Assembly: GCA_050952625.1 (NCBI GenBank)
Contig: JBMNLH010000002.1
Location: forward strand, 64,001-128,000
DNA length: 64,000 bases
Reading direction: 5' to 3'
DNA from: Bacillota bacterium
Lineage (GTDB): Bacteria > Bacillota > Ch66 > Ch109
In this document: positions 18,845 to 29,548 of the stretch, piece after piece
How positions within the stretch are numbered: position 1 is the stretch's first letter
Layout: each line of letters begins with the position of its first letter
Notes under the pieces: model-generated
Database searches by the model: none
The model's input: only the letters and a program-made list of their open reading frames with translations
Told to the model about the DNA's origin: nothing
Made by a program: the position numbers and the translations under genes

Positions 18845-20392
18845 CTACTCCCACTCAATCGTGCCGGGTGGTTTAGAGGTGATATCGTAAACCAGTCGAT
18901 TGATCCCCGGTACTTCATTGACGATCCGGGAAGATATCCGCTCCAGCAACTCATAGGGTAGACGGGCCCAATCAGCGGTCATGGCATCATCACTGGTCAC
19001 CGCCCGCAGAATGATTGGATAAGAGTAGGTCCGCTCATCCCCCATCACTCCCACACTGCGCATTGACGGCAGGACAGCAAATGACTGCCAAATCTGACGG
19101 TAAAGCCCGGCCTGTTTAATTTCCTGCGTTACAATGGCGTCTGCCTCACGCAAAATCGCTAGCTTTTCTTCAGTCACTTCACCAAGAATCCGAATCGCCA
19201 ATCCTGGACCAGGGAAAGGCTGCCGCCAGATAATCTCCTCCGGGAGACCGAGTTCCGCTGCGGCTTCGCGCACCTCGTCCTTATAAAGCCACTTTAAGGG
19301 TTCAATTAATTTAAACTGCATATCCGGCGGCAGACCGCCCACATTGTGGTGGCTTTTTATCGTGGCCGCCGTTTCGGTCCCGCTCTCAATAATATCCGGA
19401 TACAGGGTTCCCTGAACCAAGTAATCAACTTCGCCCAATTTTCGAGCCTCTTCCTCAAAAACCCGAATAAACTCGGTCCCAATAATCTTGCGTTTTTCTT
19501 CCGGATCAACGACTCCCTTGAGGCGAGATAAAAACCGCTCCGAAGCATCCACATAAACCAGATTCATGTGAAATTGCTCCCGAAAGGTACTTTGCACCTG
19601 TTCAGCTTCACCCTTGCGCAAAAGGCCGTGGTTAACAAAAACGCAGGTCAGTTGATTCCCAATTGCTCGATGAACTAAAACGGCTGCCACCGAGGAATCA
19701 ACTCCGCCGCTGAGGGCGCATAAAACCTTTTTGTTACCAGCCAAGGCCCGAATTTCCTGAACCTGATCCTCAATAAATGATCCCATGGTCCAATTACCTT
19801 GACAACCGCAAATAGCATACAGGAAATTTTTCAGCATCTCTTGGCCTTGTGGGGTATGTCTTGCCTCCGGATGGAACTGAACCCCGTATAGTTTTCGCTG
19901 GGGGTCCGCCATCGCGGCAATCGGCACTTGGCCGGTACTGGCGGTTACTTGAAAACCGGGCGGCGGGGCCGCGACAAAGTCTCCATGGCTCATCCAGCAG
20001 CTCAGCTCCGAATTCAAACCGAGAAACAGCTTATCTTCCCGGTCTTCTACGCGGAGAGCGGTCCGGCCATACTCCCTGGCCATTGACTGCTGGATTTCGC
20101 CGCCTAGAACCTTAGCCATCAACTGCATCCCGTAACAGATACCCAGGATGGGAATACCGCTTTCGAATAACCGCGGATCACAAAGTGGCGAATTTTCCGA
20201 TTGAACACTGGCTGGACCGCCGGAAAGAACAATCCCCTTGGGATTTAGTTCCCGGATTTTCTCCAGAGGAGTGCTGTAGGGCAGCATCTCACTATACACG
20301 TGTAATTCGCGAATTCGCCGGGCAATTAATTGATTGTACTGTCCCCCAAAATCTAGAACCAAGACCATCTCTTGCGCTTGTTGTGCTGCCAC
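18845..20392 (-). CDS. guaA: GMP synthase (glutamine-hydrolysing)
   Basis: [54 protein letters not shown]. Confidence 0.98.
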   Translation of the reverse strand: MAAQQAQEMVLVLDFGGQYNQLIARRIRELHVYSEMLPYSTPLEKIRELNPKGIVLSGGPASVQSENSPLCDPRLFESGIPILGICYGMQLMAKVLGGEIQQSMAREYGRTALRVEDREDKLFLGLNSELSCWMSHGDFVAAPPPGFQVTASTGQVPIAAMADPQRKLYGVQFHPEARHTPQGQEMLKNFLYAICGCQGNWTMGSFIEDQVQEIRALAGNKKVLCALSGGVDSSVAAVLVHRAIGNQLTCVFVNHGLLRKGEAEQVQSTFREQFHMNLVYVDASERFLSRLKGVVDPEEKRKIIGTEFIRVFEEEARKLGEVDYLVQGTLYPDIIESGTETAATIKSHHNVGGLPPDMQFKLIEPLKWLYKDEVREAAAELGLPEEIIWRQPFPGPGLAIRILGEVTEEKLAILREADAIVTQEIKQAGLYRQIWQSFAVLPSMRSVGVMGDERTYSYPIILRAVTSDDAMTADWARLPYELLERISSRIVNEVPGINRLVYDITSKPPGTIEWE

Positions 20393-20408
20393 CAGCTAAA
20401 CCCTCCTA

Positions 20409-20948
20409 CTAACTTTCGTATTCATCCCGTTCCAAGATCGCCACGTAGGGATAATGCCGATATTTTTCCGCATAATCCAGGCCATAGCCAACGATAAACT
20501 CATCCGGCATCGAAAAACCCAAGTAATCGGCCTTAATCGGGGCCTTGCGCCGACTGGGTTTATCCAAAAAAGCACAAATCTTCACACTGGCCGCATCCCG
20601 TGATTTGAGATTCTCGTAAATATAGTTTAGCGTCAAACCGGAATCGATAATGTCTTCCACCACCAGGACATGCCGACCCTCAATGCTCTCCTCTAAATCT
20701 TTCAGGATGCGCACTACCCCGGTCGACTCAGTCGATAAACCATAGCTGGAAACATCCATAAAGTCGATCGCCACAGGAACCCTAATTTCCCGGACCAAAT
20801 CAGCCATAAAGATAAAGGCCCCTTTCAGAATACCCACCACCAGCAACTCATGTCCCTGGTAATCCCGGGTAATCTCTTCCCCTAGCTCTCGCACCCGATC
20901 TTTAATCTGCTGCTGGGTCAGCACTACTCTTCTCTCACGTTGAAACAT
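20409..20948 (-). CDS. hpt: Hypoxanthine phosphoribosyltransferase
   Basis: LKGAFIFMADL, VEDIIDSGLTL, FIVGYGLDY. Confidence 0.95.
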   Translation of the reverse strand: MFQRERRVVLTQQQIKDRVRELGEEITRDYQGHELLVVGILKGAFIFMADLVREIRVPVAIDFMDVSSYGLSTESTGVVRILKDLEESIEGRHVLVVEDIIDSGLTLNYIYENLKSRDAASVKICAFLDKPSRRKAPIKADYLGFSMPDEFIVGYGLDYAEKYRHYPYVAILERDEYES

Positions 20949-21046
20949 ACGGTCACCTCACATCTAAAACCGACTCTAATAACCTTTATTCTACAGATTA
21001 CGTGGAAATTATACCATAAGCAAAAAGAAAAACCCAAATAGCAATG

Positions 21047-21076
21047 CAGCCGGTTAGAGTTAATCGTAACCGGCTG
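21047..21076. terminator. Hairpin/terminator downstream of the 234-aa gene
   Basis: CAGCCGGTTA...TAACCGGCTG inverted repeat. Confidence 0.55.
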
Positions 21077-21143
21077 AGCCAAAGGGTCTTTTTCGAAACC
21101 AATCTGCTGACCGAACTTATAGCACTTTGATTAAAACACAAGC

Positions 21144-21848
21144 TTAAACCTGCGGCACCGCCAATTGAATCGGTTGGTTATAATCATAGAACTCCGCCGT
21201 GATGGTCAGGATGCTTTCGGGATTGCTTTTACTGTGGGCCGTAAGTTGGCCCCGGGCCAGGAAATGTCCCCTTTGGTCAATCCAAAACTTAAACTGAAAA
21301 TCCTGCCACAGTACCTCCAACAACTGGTTTTCCAGGTCCGCCGTACACTCGACTACCCAGCAGTCCCAATGGCGCACCTCTTCCTGGCCGTTATACCTGG
21401 CCTCAAAAATCTCTTTAAAATTAAAATTGGCTAATGGGTTAACCTCGGTCATCAGTAATTCCTGACGCGTCAGGTCATAACCTTGGACCGCATACCAACG
21501 ATTGGTAAAGGGGTCACGATTATAGGAAGTATCGCCAACTTGATACATTTCAATTGGCGTATTCAACATGGTTCCCGATAAATGAAGATCATGGTGATTT
21601 GCCTTCTCCCCGGTAACGTCGCTCCAGATTTGCGGTTGCCCCTCCGTAATAAACTGCGACACCATCGTATACCGATAACTGCTGGCTTCATAAGCTTGAT
21701 CAAGTGCCTTATTAATCAAATCTACGGGTGGAATTAGGCAGGCTTTCAAGTAAAAATAATAACCCCCGGTTACGATTAAGCTAATTCCTAATAACGCTAA
21801 ACCGATAGTTTTCCAGCACCGGGGCAAATTGATTACTAGCGTTTTCAT
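21144..21848 (-). CDS. Hypothetical membrane-anchored exported protein
   Basis: N-terminal hydrophobic segment followed by a beta-rich domain; GGGGGAG RBS. Confidence 0.8.
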   Translation of the reverse strand: MKTLVINLPRCWKTIGLALLGISLIVTGGYYFYLKACLIPPVDLINKALDQAYEASSYRYTMVSQFITEGQPQIWSDVTGEKANHHDLHLSGTMLNTPIEMYQVGDTSYNRDPFTNRWYAVQGYDLTRQELLMTEVNPLANFNFKEIFEARYNGQEEVRHWDCWVVECTADLENQLLEVLWQDFQFKFWIDQRGHFLARGQLTAHSKSNPESILTITAEFYDYNQPIQLAVPQV

Positions 21849-21877
21849 CCGGCTCCCCCCAATCCTCGATTCATAAT

Positions 21878-21906
21878 ATTGTATTTAAAACCAGTCCAAA
21901 TTATGA
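21878..21906 (-). promoter_or_regulatory. Possible sigmaE-type sporulation promoter
   Basis: Minus strand TCATAAT-N14-AATACAAT resembles the sigmaE consensus. Confidence 0.4.
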
Positions 21907-21907
21907 C

Positions 21908-22016
21908 AGTGAACTCGTTCGGCTTTGATGAACATCAAGGCATTGGATGGAGACTCTACTCAACCTAAGGTTTTAAATAAGGCAACCTCCACTTATCGAA
22001 GCAGGATTCTTTTGAT
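21908..22016 (-). mobile_element. Family B palindromic element copy 2
   Basis: Reverse complement ATCAAAAGAATCCTGCTTC...GAGTAGAGTCTCCATC...GTTCATCAAAGCCGAACGAGTTCAC aligns with 12173-12290. Confidence 0.6.
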
Positions 22017-22032
22017 TCAAAAGAACATTGAA

Positions 22033-22059
22033 TAAGGCACCCTTTTTACAGGTGCCTTA
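22033..22059. terminator. Probable terminator
   Basis: TAAGGCACC...GGTGCCTTA inverted repeat downstream of the 22183-22854 gene. Confidence 0.55.
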
Positions 22060-22182
22060 GAACCATAGCCACTTCTGTCTGAGAGAAGCTTAGTATTTAT
22101 AATTTTCAGTTTATTAACTCATTGTCGACATTGTCGTTTTAGTATTTAACATCATTAAGTAACATTATTTGATTGTGATTCA

Positions 22183-22854
22183 TTAACTTATCATCGTTAG
22201 ATCCGGATAAACAACTAACTCCCCGGGGAGTACTTCGATACGATTGATCTTAACAAAATCAAAGACAGTTATCCCTTCTATCTTTGATCCAAAAATGTTA
22301 GCCAGATAGGGAGATTTATTCAGATCAAACCCGATTCGGTTACACAGTATATCAACAAATTCTCGGTTTTCTAAAACCTTTCCTAATTCAATTTTGGTAT
22401 CCATTAAGGCCTGGATAATCCGGACAATAATCCCCGCTATTAAAAAGGCGACTACTTCATTAGAAATAACATCCTGCGGTTCGACAATTTCAAAATCGAT
22501 TACTCTCCTATTTAGATCGAAAGTACAACCGGTTAATTTTGCCGCTGTGGAGACAACCGTTGGAGTCGAGGATTTAAGCAGTTTGACGTTCAGTTTAAAG
22601 TGGATTCGATCAAGCTGAAGTTCAATCTCTGCGTCAGTCAGACGATCAATTAAATTCAGGTGATTCTTCAGATATTGGTTAATCTCTGCTTGAGAGATAA
22701 CCAGCTTATTCCCTTTTAGTCTACTCAAAAAACCATTTGTCTTGAGAATTTTAACGTACGCTTTGAGCCGTTCGGGACCTATTTCAGCCTTGTTAATATC
22801 CTTCTTACGATCAGCACTTAATTCATCACCAATAGTTAGGTTTCCTCCGATCAT
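22183..22854 (-). CDS. Hypothetical protein
   Basis: Long ORF with strong GGAGG RBS before ATG 22854; no motif recognised. Confidence 0.7.
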   Translation of the reverse strand: MIGGNLTIGDELSADRKKDINKAEIGPERLKAYVKILKTNGFLSRLKGNKLVISQAEINQYLKNHLNLIDRLTDAEIELQLDRIHFKLNVKLLKSSTPTVVSTAAKLTGCTFDLNRRVIDFEIVEPQDVISNEVVAFLIAGIIVRIIQALMDTKIELGKVLENREFVDILCNRIGFDLNKSPYLANIFGSKIEGITVFDFVKINRIEVLPGELVVYPDLTMIS

Positions 22855-23113
22855 TAGCCTCCACCCCCTCCTTATTAAGCTTTCCTTAATACTTTTAGAT
22901 TCCAATACCCTAAAAGGTTCTATTACCCTTTAATGATATTTATTCTCTATAAACCCATTAATTCCTCCTTTTAACAAGCAAGAATATTCCGGTTTTTCTG
23001 AAAAACTGTCCGCTTATTAAGTATTGACATTGCTATGGTGAACCGTCACGATATTGATAAACTAGGTCTGCAATCCATTTATTAATCATAAAGATTATTA
23101 GTTAGGGGGATTA

Positions 23114-23548
23114 TTGTTGAGCTCGGAAATAAAAAGACCAAAGACAGACAACCTAAACATCCAAGGTCTAAGGCTTACCAAACAGCGTGCCGCGATTATG
23201 CAGGCCATTCACAACATGAATAGTCACTTTACCGCAGAAGATATTTACGCAACTTTGAAACCGGACCACCCCCGTTTAAGTCTGGCCACGGTATATCGTA
23301 ATCTTGAAAGACTAACTCAAGCCGGATTAATTACTAAGCTTAATTTTGGCGAAGGAAAAAATCGGTATGAGATAACCGGCTTAGAACACCACCACCATCT
23401 CGTTTGCTTGCTCTGCGGGAAAACCATAAGAATTACCCACTGTCCCTTAAACTGTTCCCAACTTGATGATTTAAGCAATAGTGACTTTAGAATTACCGGC
23501 CATCAATTTGAGGTGTATGGATACTGCAAGCGTTGTGATCGTAAGTAA
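23114..23548 (+). CDS. zur: Fur-family regulator, probably Zur
   Basis: LRLTKQR, SLATVYRNL, HHHHLVCxxC, CxxC; directly upstream of znuACB. Confidence 0.85.
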   Translation: MLSSEIKRPKTDNLNIQGLRLTKQRAAIMQAIHNMNSHFTAEDIYATLKPDHPRLSLATVYRNLERLTQAGLITKLNFGEGKNRYEITGLEHHHHLVCLLCGKTIRITHCPLNCSQLDDLSNSDFRITGHQFEVYGYCKRCDRK

Positions 23549-23598
23549 GCATTGTGATCGTAAGCAACCTTTTCGTTTATCCTTTCCTTGGTCCGCCC

Positions 23599-23658
23599 TT
23601 GACATTTTCAACGGGAGGAGTTAAATTTAGGTATCGTTATGGTAATGATTCGCATTAA
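23599..23658 (+). promoter_or_regulatory. sigmaA promoter and Zur box of znuACB
   Basis: TTGACA(23599)-N17-TAAATT, followed by GTTATGGTAATGATTCGCATTAA resembling the Bacillus Zur box. Confidence 0.6.
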
Positions 23659-23683
23659 CATGTAAGAAAGAGGTGCCCTAATA

Positions 23684-24661
23684 GTGAGTCTTCGTTTTAT
23701 TAAACGCTTCGCCAGCAGCCTATCTCTGTTTATTCTGCTAGGAGCTGTTTTACTGACAACCTCGGGCTGTTGGGAACAAACGCCAACCAATGCTCCAGCT
23801 TCGAATAACCAAGGTCTAGATAATCAACTCCAGGTAGTAACAACAATCTTTCCCTTGGCCGATATAACTCAAAACCTGGGCGGCGACCAAGTTAAGGTGA
23901 TTAACCTGCTGCCAGCCGAAGCTAATCCCCATACATATGAACCTACTCCCAGCCAAATGAAGGAAGTGGCTGGCGCAAGCTTGATTATCGGAATAGGGGC
24001 TGGTCTTGATGAGTGGGTCCAGAGGCTTGCTTCAGCCGCTAATCAAGATGCCGACCGAATTGAAGTAGCCAAAGGCTTGCAACTGCTTGCTTCGGAAAAC
24101 GATCATGCTCATGAAGGTCATGCTGAAGAAGCAGACCACCATCACGTCGGAGCTGATCCGCATATCTGGTTAGATCCGGTCCTGGTTCGGGATCACGTGG
24201 CCCCAAAAATAACCGAAGCTCTGATAAAAGCTGATCCGTCTGCCGAGGCAGTCTATCAAGCAAATCTGCTCAATTACCAAAACGAATTAACCCAGTTGCA
24301 TCAAGAATACCTTACAACAATGGCCTCACTGACTAACAAAAAGTATATCTCTTTTCATGCTTCTTGGCGGTATTTGGCTCAACGCTATGGACTAGAAGAA
24401 GTCGCTTCAATCGAGCCGGCACCTGGTCAAGAGCCTTCCGGCAAATGGATAACCGAAGTGGTTAATCTTGCTCGGGCCAATGAGGTGAGGGTAATCATCG
24501 CAGAACCGCAGTTCAACCCCAGAATGGCTGAGGTTATTGCGGGAGAATTTGCTGGCCGGGTCATAACCCTTGACCCGCTGGGCGGGGAAAGTGCCGAAGG
24601 GCGGAATACCTATCTAAATCTCATGCGTTATAATCTAAATGCTTTAAAGACTTGCCTATAA
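23684..24661 (+). CDS. znuA: Zn ABC transporter substrate-binding lipoprotein
   Basis: Lipobox TSGC, NPHTYEPTP, His-rich loop, DPHIWLDP, FHASW.Y. Confidence 0.92.
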   Translation: MSLRFIKRFASSLSLFILLGAVLLTTSGCWEQTPTNAPASNNQGLDNQLQVVTTIFPLADITQNLGGDQVKVINLLPAEANPHTYEPTPSQMKEVAGASLIIGIGAGLDEWVQRLASAANQDADRIEVAKGLQLLASENDHAHEGHAEEADHHHVGADPHIWLDPVLVRDHVAPKITEALIKADPSAEAVYQANLLNYQNELTQLHQEYLTTMASLTNKKYISFHASWRYLAQRYGLEEVASIEPAPGQEPSGKWITEVVNLARANEVRVIIAEPQFNPRMAEVIAGEFAGRVITLDPLGGESAEGRNTYLNLMRYNLNALKTCL

Positions 24662-24697
24662 TTATTAACCCCGAGTTAAAACACAAGCGAGGTATAT

Positions 24698-25501
24698 ATG
24701 CAAACAATCCTAAACTCAAATGACAGTCGAATTATCGATTCTGCTGATCCCCCAGCCCTTGAATTAGCTAATGTCAGTGTTTATCTGGCAGACCGGCTAG
24801 TCCTGGAAGATGTCTCTTTAGTAATCCCCCAGAGAAGCCTAGTCGGAATAATTGGGCCTAACGGGGCCGGCAAAACAACTCTGCTTAAGCTTATCCTAGG
24901 TCTGATTAAAGCAGCCACTGGACGGATTACTTTATTTGGAACCGTCATTACAAAAAACCAGCAGATTGCGCACCAAGTAATCGGTTATGTTCCTCAGCGT
25001 CACCAGTTTGATTTTCGCTTTCCCCTTTCCGTTCGCGACGTGGTGATGCTGGGCCGTTTAGCGACCCGCGGATTAGCCCGCCGGGCTACCCCACAGGACC
25101 GGCTAGCAGTTGAGGAAAGTTTAACCCGAGTAGGTCTTGATGGCTTGGCCACTCGTCCGGTAGGTGAACTATCCGGGGGTCAGCAGCAACTGGTTTTCTT
25201 GGCCCGGGCTTTATGTCGCCAGCCCCGTCTGCTCCTTTTGGATGAACCCACTAACGGGCTAGACATCGCCGCCCAAGAAAAATTCTATCACTTGATTCTG
25301 GATCTGAAAGAAGCATTAGGGTTAACGATTATTGCGGTCTCGCATGATCTGGCAGCGATTGCCGCGCACGCTGATCAGCTCATGTGTCTTAATCGGACGG
25401 TCCATATTCACGGGACACCGGTTGAGGTTGTCTGCAGCTCGAAACTGGACAAAGCCTATCGCTGCGAAATTGATGCCCTCTTAGCGCAAGGGAGGCAATA
25501 A
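24698..25501 (+). CDS. znuC: Zn ABC transporter ATPase
   Basis: GPNGAGKTT, IGYVPQ, LSGGQQQ, LLLDEPT, SHD. Confidence 0.92.
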   Translation: MQTILNSNDSRIIDSADPPALELANVSVYLADRLVLEDVSLVIPQRSLVGIIGPNGAGKTTLLKLILGLIKAATGRITLFGTVITKNQQIAHQVIGYVPQRHQFDFRFPLSVRDVVMLGRLATRGLARRATPQDRLAVEESLTRVGLDGLATRPVGELSGGQQQLVFLARALCRQPRLLLLDEPTNGLDIAAQEKFYHLILDLKEALGLTIIAVSHDLAAIAAHADQLMCLNRTVHIHGTPVEVVCSSKLDKAYRCEIDALLAQGRQ

Positions 25502-25503
25502 CA

Positions 25504-26346
25504 GTGGCCGAAATGTTTGCTTATGCTTTTATGCAAAAAGCCTTGCTAGCCGGTCTATTAGTTGGACTGCTCTGTTCCTTAGTTTCTTTTTTCGTCGTTC
25601 TAAAACGCCTTTCCTTTATTGGTGCTGGCATTTCCCACTCTGCTTTTGGCGGTGTGGCCCTAGGTATTTGGCTGGGGATTAATCCCCTCCTCAGTGCGGC
25701 TGTCTTTTCAACTTTAATTGCCTGGGCTATTGGCCTGGTTAGCCGAAAAGGCCATATCAATGAAGATGTAACCATCGGCATCTTTTTTTCCTCAACCATG
25801 GCTTTAGGGGTGGCCATAATCGGATTGATTAAAGGATATGTGGCGGATGTCTATACCTTTCTCTTTGGCAACATCCTGGCCGTCACCGCCACCGATCTTT
25901 GGTGGCTAGGGGGGTGCGGCTTACTGGTCGGTCTAGTGTTGATCATCCTCCATAAAGAATTCCTTTTTTTATGTTTTGATGAAGAAATGGCGAGAGCCAG
26001 TGGTCTCCCAACTGGCCCTCTCTACTATATACTGCTCACCGCCATTGCTTTAACCATCGTGGTCTCCGTCAAGGTGGTGGGGGTAGTCTTAGCCTCTGCC
26101 CTGCTGGTGATCCCGGCCGCTACCGGTTACGAGTTATCCAAAAACTACCGGGGCATGCTGCTTATTTCCCTGCTAACCGGCGTTGTTTCCGCCATTGGTG
26201 GTCTCTGGCTCTCCTTCCAGTACAACCTGGCTTCCGGGGCAACCATTGTCCTGGTGTCCGCTGTTATCTTTTTTCTCGCGTTACTCCTCTCCCCCCGACG
26301 CTGCGGTTTTTGGAGATTCCGGCATCGGCACCCACCCGCTAACTAG
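25504..26346 (+). CDS. znuB: Zn ABC transporter permease
   Basis: ISHSAFGGVA, FLFGNIL, FDEE.A..SG, VGVVL.SALL.IPAA; multiple TM helices. Confidence 0.92.
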   Translation: MAEMFAYAFMQKALLAGLLVGLLCSLVSFFVVLKRLSFIGAGISHSAFGGVALGIWLGINPLLSAAVFSTLIAWAIGLVSRKGHINEDVTIGIFFSSTMALGVAIIGLIKGYVADVYTFLFGNILAVTATDLWWLGGCGLLVGLVLIILHKEFLFLCFDEEMARASGLPTGPLYYILLTAIALTIVVSVKVVGVVLASALLVIPAATGYELSKNYRGMLLISLLTGVVSAIGGLWLSFQYNLASGATIVLVSAVIFFLALLLSPRRCGFWRFRHRHPPAN

Positions 26347-26361
26347 CACTATCGGTTTTTA

Positions 26362-26970
26362 TTCGTTCCCAGTTTAGCCGGCTGACCGAGTTTAAACACA
26401 AGCATATACCATGGAAAGTCGATCGCGCCGTGTTTTAACGGAGGTCAGCGATTGGCGATTTACATCCGAGAACCGAGGCGGCTGAGGATCAGCAGGCATC
26501 TCTGTTTGAGCCTGAAAGGCGAGTTTGATGCCTGCCCGAAGCCGACGAGGTTCGTTCCCAGTTTAGCCGGCTGACCGAGTTTAAACACAAGCATATACCA
26601 TGGAAAGTCGATCGCGCCGTGTTTTAACGAAGGTCAGCGATTGGCGATTTACATCAGAGAACAGAGGCGGCTGAGGATCAGCAGGCATCTCTGTTTGAGC
26701 CTGAAAGGCGAGTTTGATGCCTGCCCGAAGCCGACGAGGTTCGTTCCCAGTTTAGCCGGCTGACCGAGTTTAAACACAAGCATATACCATGGAAAGTCGA
26801 TCGCGCCGTGTTTTAACGGAGGTCAGCGATTGGCGATTTACATCCGAGAACCGAGGCGGCTGAGGAGCAGCAGGCATCTCTGTTTGAGCCTGAAAGGCGA
26901 GTTTGATGCCTGCCCGAAGCCGACGAGGTTCGTTCCCAGTTTAGCCGGCTGACCGAGTTTAAACACAAGC
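26362..26970. repeat. Tandem array of a 189-bp self-complementary element (family A), about 3.2 copies
   Basis: Unit starts at 26362, 26551, 26740, 26929. Copies differ at only a few positions; each contains nested inverted repeats; no ORF. Confidence 0.95.
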
Positions 26971-26986
26971 CATATGGATTAGACCC

Positions 26987-28360
26987 TTAGAAGAACAGCA
27001 AGGTATCTAGAATAAAAATCGGAATCAGAATGCCAATCGACCAGCCCATGTAGCCGAAGAAACTAGGCATCTTAACCCCATTCTCCTGGGCAATCGAACG
27101 AACCATAAAATTTGGTGCATTGCCGATATAGGTGTTTGCCCCCATAAAGACTGAACCGCAGGATATTGCCAACAGGATTGATGGAGCCACCGTCCCCAGG
27201 TCTGTCGTTACCCCGCTGGCTGCGCCTAAGCCGCCGGCGAGGGAGAGAAACGTGAGATAAGTGGGGGCATTATCCAAAAAGCTGGAAAGGCTGCCGGTAG
27301 CCCAGAAGAATTGAACCGGGGTGGTTACCCCTAATTCTCCTCCTCGGGCTTGGAGAATGACTAGCGCCGGAATCATCGTAATAAAAATGCCCGCGAAAAG
27401 AACTGCTACTTCCCGAATCGGCCCCCAAGTAAAATGGTTATCCTGACGCACACTGGGCGAAGTTGTTTTAAAAGCCAGCCACGCCATTAACAGCATTATA
27501 CTGTCCCGCAAGATATTTATCCAAGGCCAAACTAGATTATGGCCTTCTAAATTGATCAGAGTTATTCCCCTGGCCTCTTCAGTCAGGATATTAAAAAATA
27601 ATGGATGCTTATTCAGTAAACCGCTGAAAACAACTGCCGCAATTACCCCGGCTAAAAAAATCAGGTTTTTTAACCCCTCAACCCGGATAGGGGCCGTTTC
27701 CCCGGCATTGACTGGTGCGGTTTGTTGCTTCATTTCGCGTTGATACAGAACATAGTCAATGATCAGATAAAGCGAAATCAGGATTAAGATATTCAAGCCC
27801 ATCGGAACAATCAGCCGCATGGTCCAAAAGAAAGGAACCCCATGCAAAAATCCAAGAAATAGGGGGGGATCGCCGACTGGCGTCAAAGCCCCGCCGATAT
27901 TACTCACCATAAAAATAAAGAAAACAACGGTATGTACTTTCCACTTGCGATGTTGAATCGCCCGGAGCAGAGGCCGGATCAGCAGCATTGAAGCCCCGGT
28001 GGTGCCCACCCAACTGGCCAGCAAAGTACCAATCATCAGCATGGTCCCATTAACCAACGGGGTCCCCCGCAGGGTACCGCGGACAATTATCCCGCCGGAT
28101 ATGGTGAATAAGGCGACCAGTAAGGCAATAAAGGGGATATAATCCAGGATCAATATATGCAGCACTTCATACGCCGTCATTCCACTCCCAAAGGCATAGA
28201 AAAAAGGTATGACAAAAACCAATGCCCAAAAGATACTGACTTTACCCATATTATGTTCCCACCAGTGTGGACGAAACAGCGGAAGAAGAGCGATTGATAA
28301 AAGCATTCCCACGAAAGGAATAACGCTCCAGACCGGTAGTTGATGTCCTAGATCAGCCAA
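26987..28360 (-). CDS. Ion-transporter (IT) superfamily membrane protein, putative Na+/H+ antiporter or carboxylate transporter
   Basis: Many TM helices; GTTGASMLLIRP, SNIGGALTPVGDPPLFLG, SSFLDNAPTYL, GANTYIGNAPNFMV. Confidence 0.85.
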   Translation of the reverse strand: MADLGHQLPVWSVIPFVGMLLSIALLPLFRPHWWEHNMGKVSIFWALVFVIPFFYAFGSGMTAYEVLHILILDYIPFIALLVALFTISGGIIVRGTLRGTPLVNGTMLMIGTLLASWVGTTGASMLLIRPLLRAIQHRKWKVHTVVFFIFMVSNIGGALTPVGDPPLFLGFLHGVPFFWTMRLIVPMGLNILILISLYLIIDYVLYQREMKQQTAPVNAGETAPIRVEGLKNLIFLAGVIAAVVFSGLLNKHPLFFNILTEEARGITLINLEGHNLVWPWINILRDSIMLLMAWLAFKTTSPSVRQDNHFTWGPIREVAVLFAGIFITMIPALVILQARGGELGVTTPVQFFWATGSLSSFLDNAPTYLTFLSLAGGLGAASGVTTDLGTVAPSILLAISCGSVFMGANTYIGNAPNFMVRSIAQENGVKMPSFFGYMGWSIGILIPIFILDTLLFF

Positions 28361-28511
28361 TTTTTAACCTCCTATCTTGACTTAATTATAATGGCCCTAA
28401 CCACCCTTAGTTATAACCAACATTTTTTATTTTACCACGACCATTATTTTAGTCATAAGGTGATTTTTCCTTAATTTGAAAAAAAGACCAATTACCTGGA
28501 CAAAAAACCTC

Positions 28512-28541
28512 TTTACATTGAAACAACCTACTTGGTATAAT
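28512..28541 (+). promoter_or_regulatory. sigmaA promoter of dapB
   Basis: TTTACA-N18-TATAAT with extended -10 TGn. Confidence 0.6.
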
Positions 28542-28616
28542 TAAGTTGCTAGTAACATTCATCCCTCAACGCAATATTGCACACGACAAAATAATTTAAC
28601 TAAATGGAGGGATAGC

Positions 28617-29474
28617 ATGATTAAAGTTGGTTTGATTGGTTTAGGTCGTACTGGTTCAACAGTCGCTAGAGGTCTGCTGGCTCATCCTGAAATGTCCCTG
28701 GTCATGGCAATCGCCCGACCAGGTAGTGCCAAGATTGGTAAGGATCTTGGCGATATTCTGGATACCAGACCGACTAACCTCATCGTTAAAGGCAGCAATA
28801 AACTGGATAGTGAATTACTTAATGAGAACCCGGACGTATTGATTGACTTTACGAATCCTGAAGCCTGCCTGAAGAACTTGCGCATCATTGCCCTGCATGG
28901 TAAGCCAGTAATTATTGGTACCACTGGTTTTACTTTCGAACAATTGCAAACCATCCAGATGATGGCTCAGCAATTCAAAATTCCGGTGGTTTATGCCCCT
29001 AATCTATCGTTGGGTATCAATGTTCTCATGAATTTAGTCCTTAAGGCAGCCACCATTTTAGCTGATTGGGATGTCGAAATAATCGAAACGCACCATCGGC
29101 ATAAAAAAGATGCTCCCTCTGGTACCGCTTTAAAGATTGCTAACGAACTGAGAAATTATCTGGACCTCCCGGAGAAGGGCATTGCTTTTGGGCATGACCG
29201 TACATCACCCAGACAAGATGGAGTGATTGGACTTCACGCCATCCGCGGCGGCGGAGTTACCGGGATCCACCAAGTGATCTTTTTCAGCGAAAACGAAAGA
29301 CTGGAAATCAAACACGAATCTCATTCCCGGGCTAACTTCGTCGATTGTTTAATTCGAGTAATCAAATGGGTTATGTCGGTCCGACCTGGTTATTACACGG
29401 TGGAAGAAGCTCTGGGGTTGGCACCTCGGCCAAGTCACTGGGATAAACCCGAACATATTCAAATCGTCGGTTAA
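28617..29474 (+). CDS. dapB: 4-hydroxy-tetrahydrodipicolinate reductase
   Basis: Rossmann GLGRTG, DVLIDFT, IGTTG, APNLSLG, ETHHRHKKDAPSGTA. Confidence 0.92.
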   Translation: MIKVGLIGLGRTGSTVARGLLAHPEMSLVMAIARPGSAKIGKDLGDILDTRPTNLIVKGSNKLDSELLNENPDVLIDFTNPEACLKNLRIIALHGKPVIIGTTGFTFEQLQTIQMMAQQFKIPVVYAPNLSLGINVLMNLVLKAATILADWDVEIIETHHRHKKDAPSGTALKIANELRNYLDLPEKGIAFGHDRTSPRQDGVIGLHAIRGGGVTGIHQVIFFSENERLEIKHESHSRANFVDCLIRVIKWVMSVRPGYYTVEEALGLAPRPSHWDKPEHIQIVG

Positions 29475-29527
29475 ATCAACCGGTTCCAGTGTAATACTAA
29501 AGCAAAAGCTCTACTTTAATAAAAAAT

Positions 29528-29548
29528 GACCCGGCTCAGTGCCGGGTC
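29528..29548. terminator. Terminator between convergent genes
   Basis: GACCCGGC-tcagt-GCCGGGTC flanked by A and T tracts. Confidence 0.7.

Noticed and set aside
20949-21143. Guanine riboswitch upstream of hpt-guaA
   Set aside because: The conserved purine-aptamer core sequences are not present; only a terminator-like hairpin was seen.
26362-26970. CRISPR array
   Set aside because: The sequence between the recurring ~42-bp segments is itself repeated almost identically, the period is 189 bp, and no cas genes are present.
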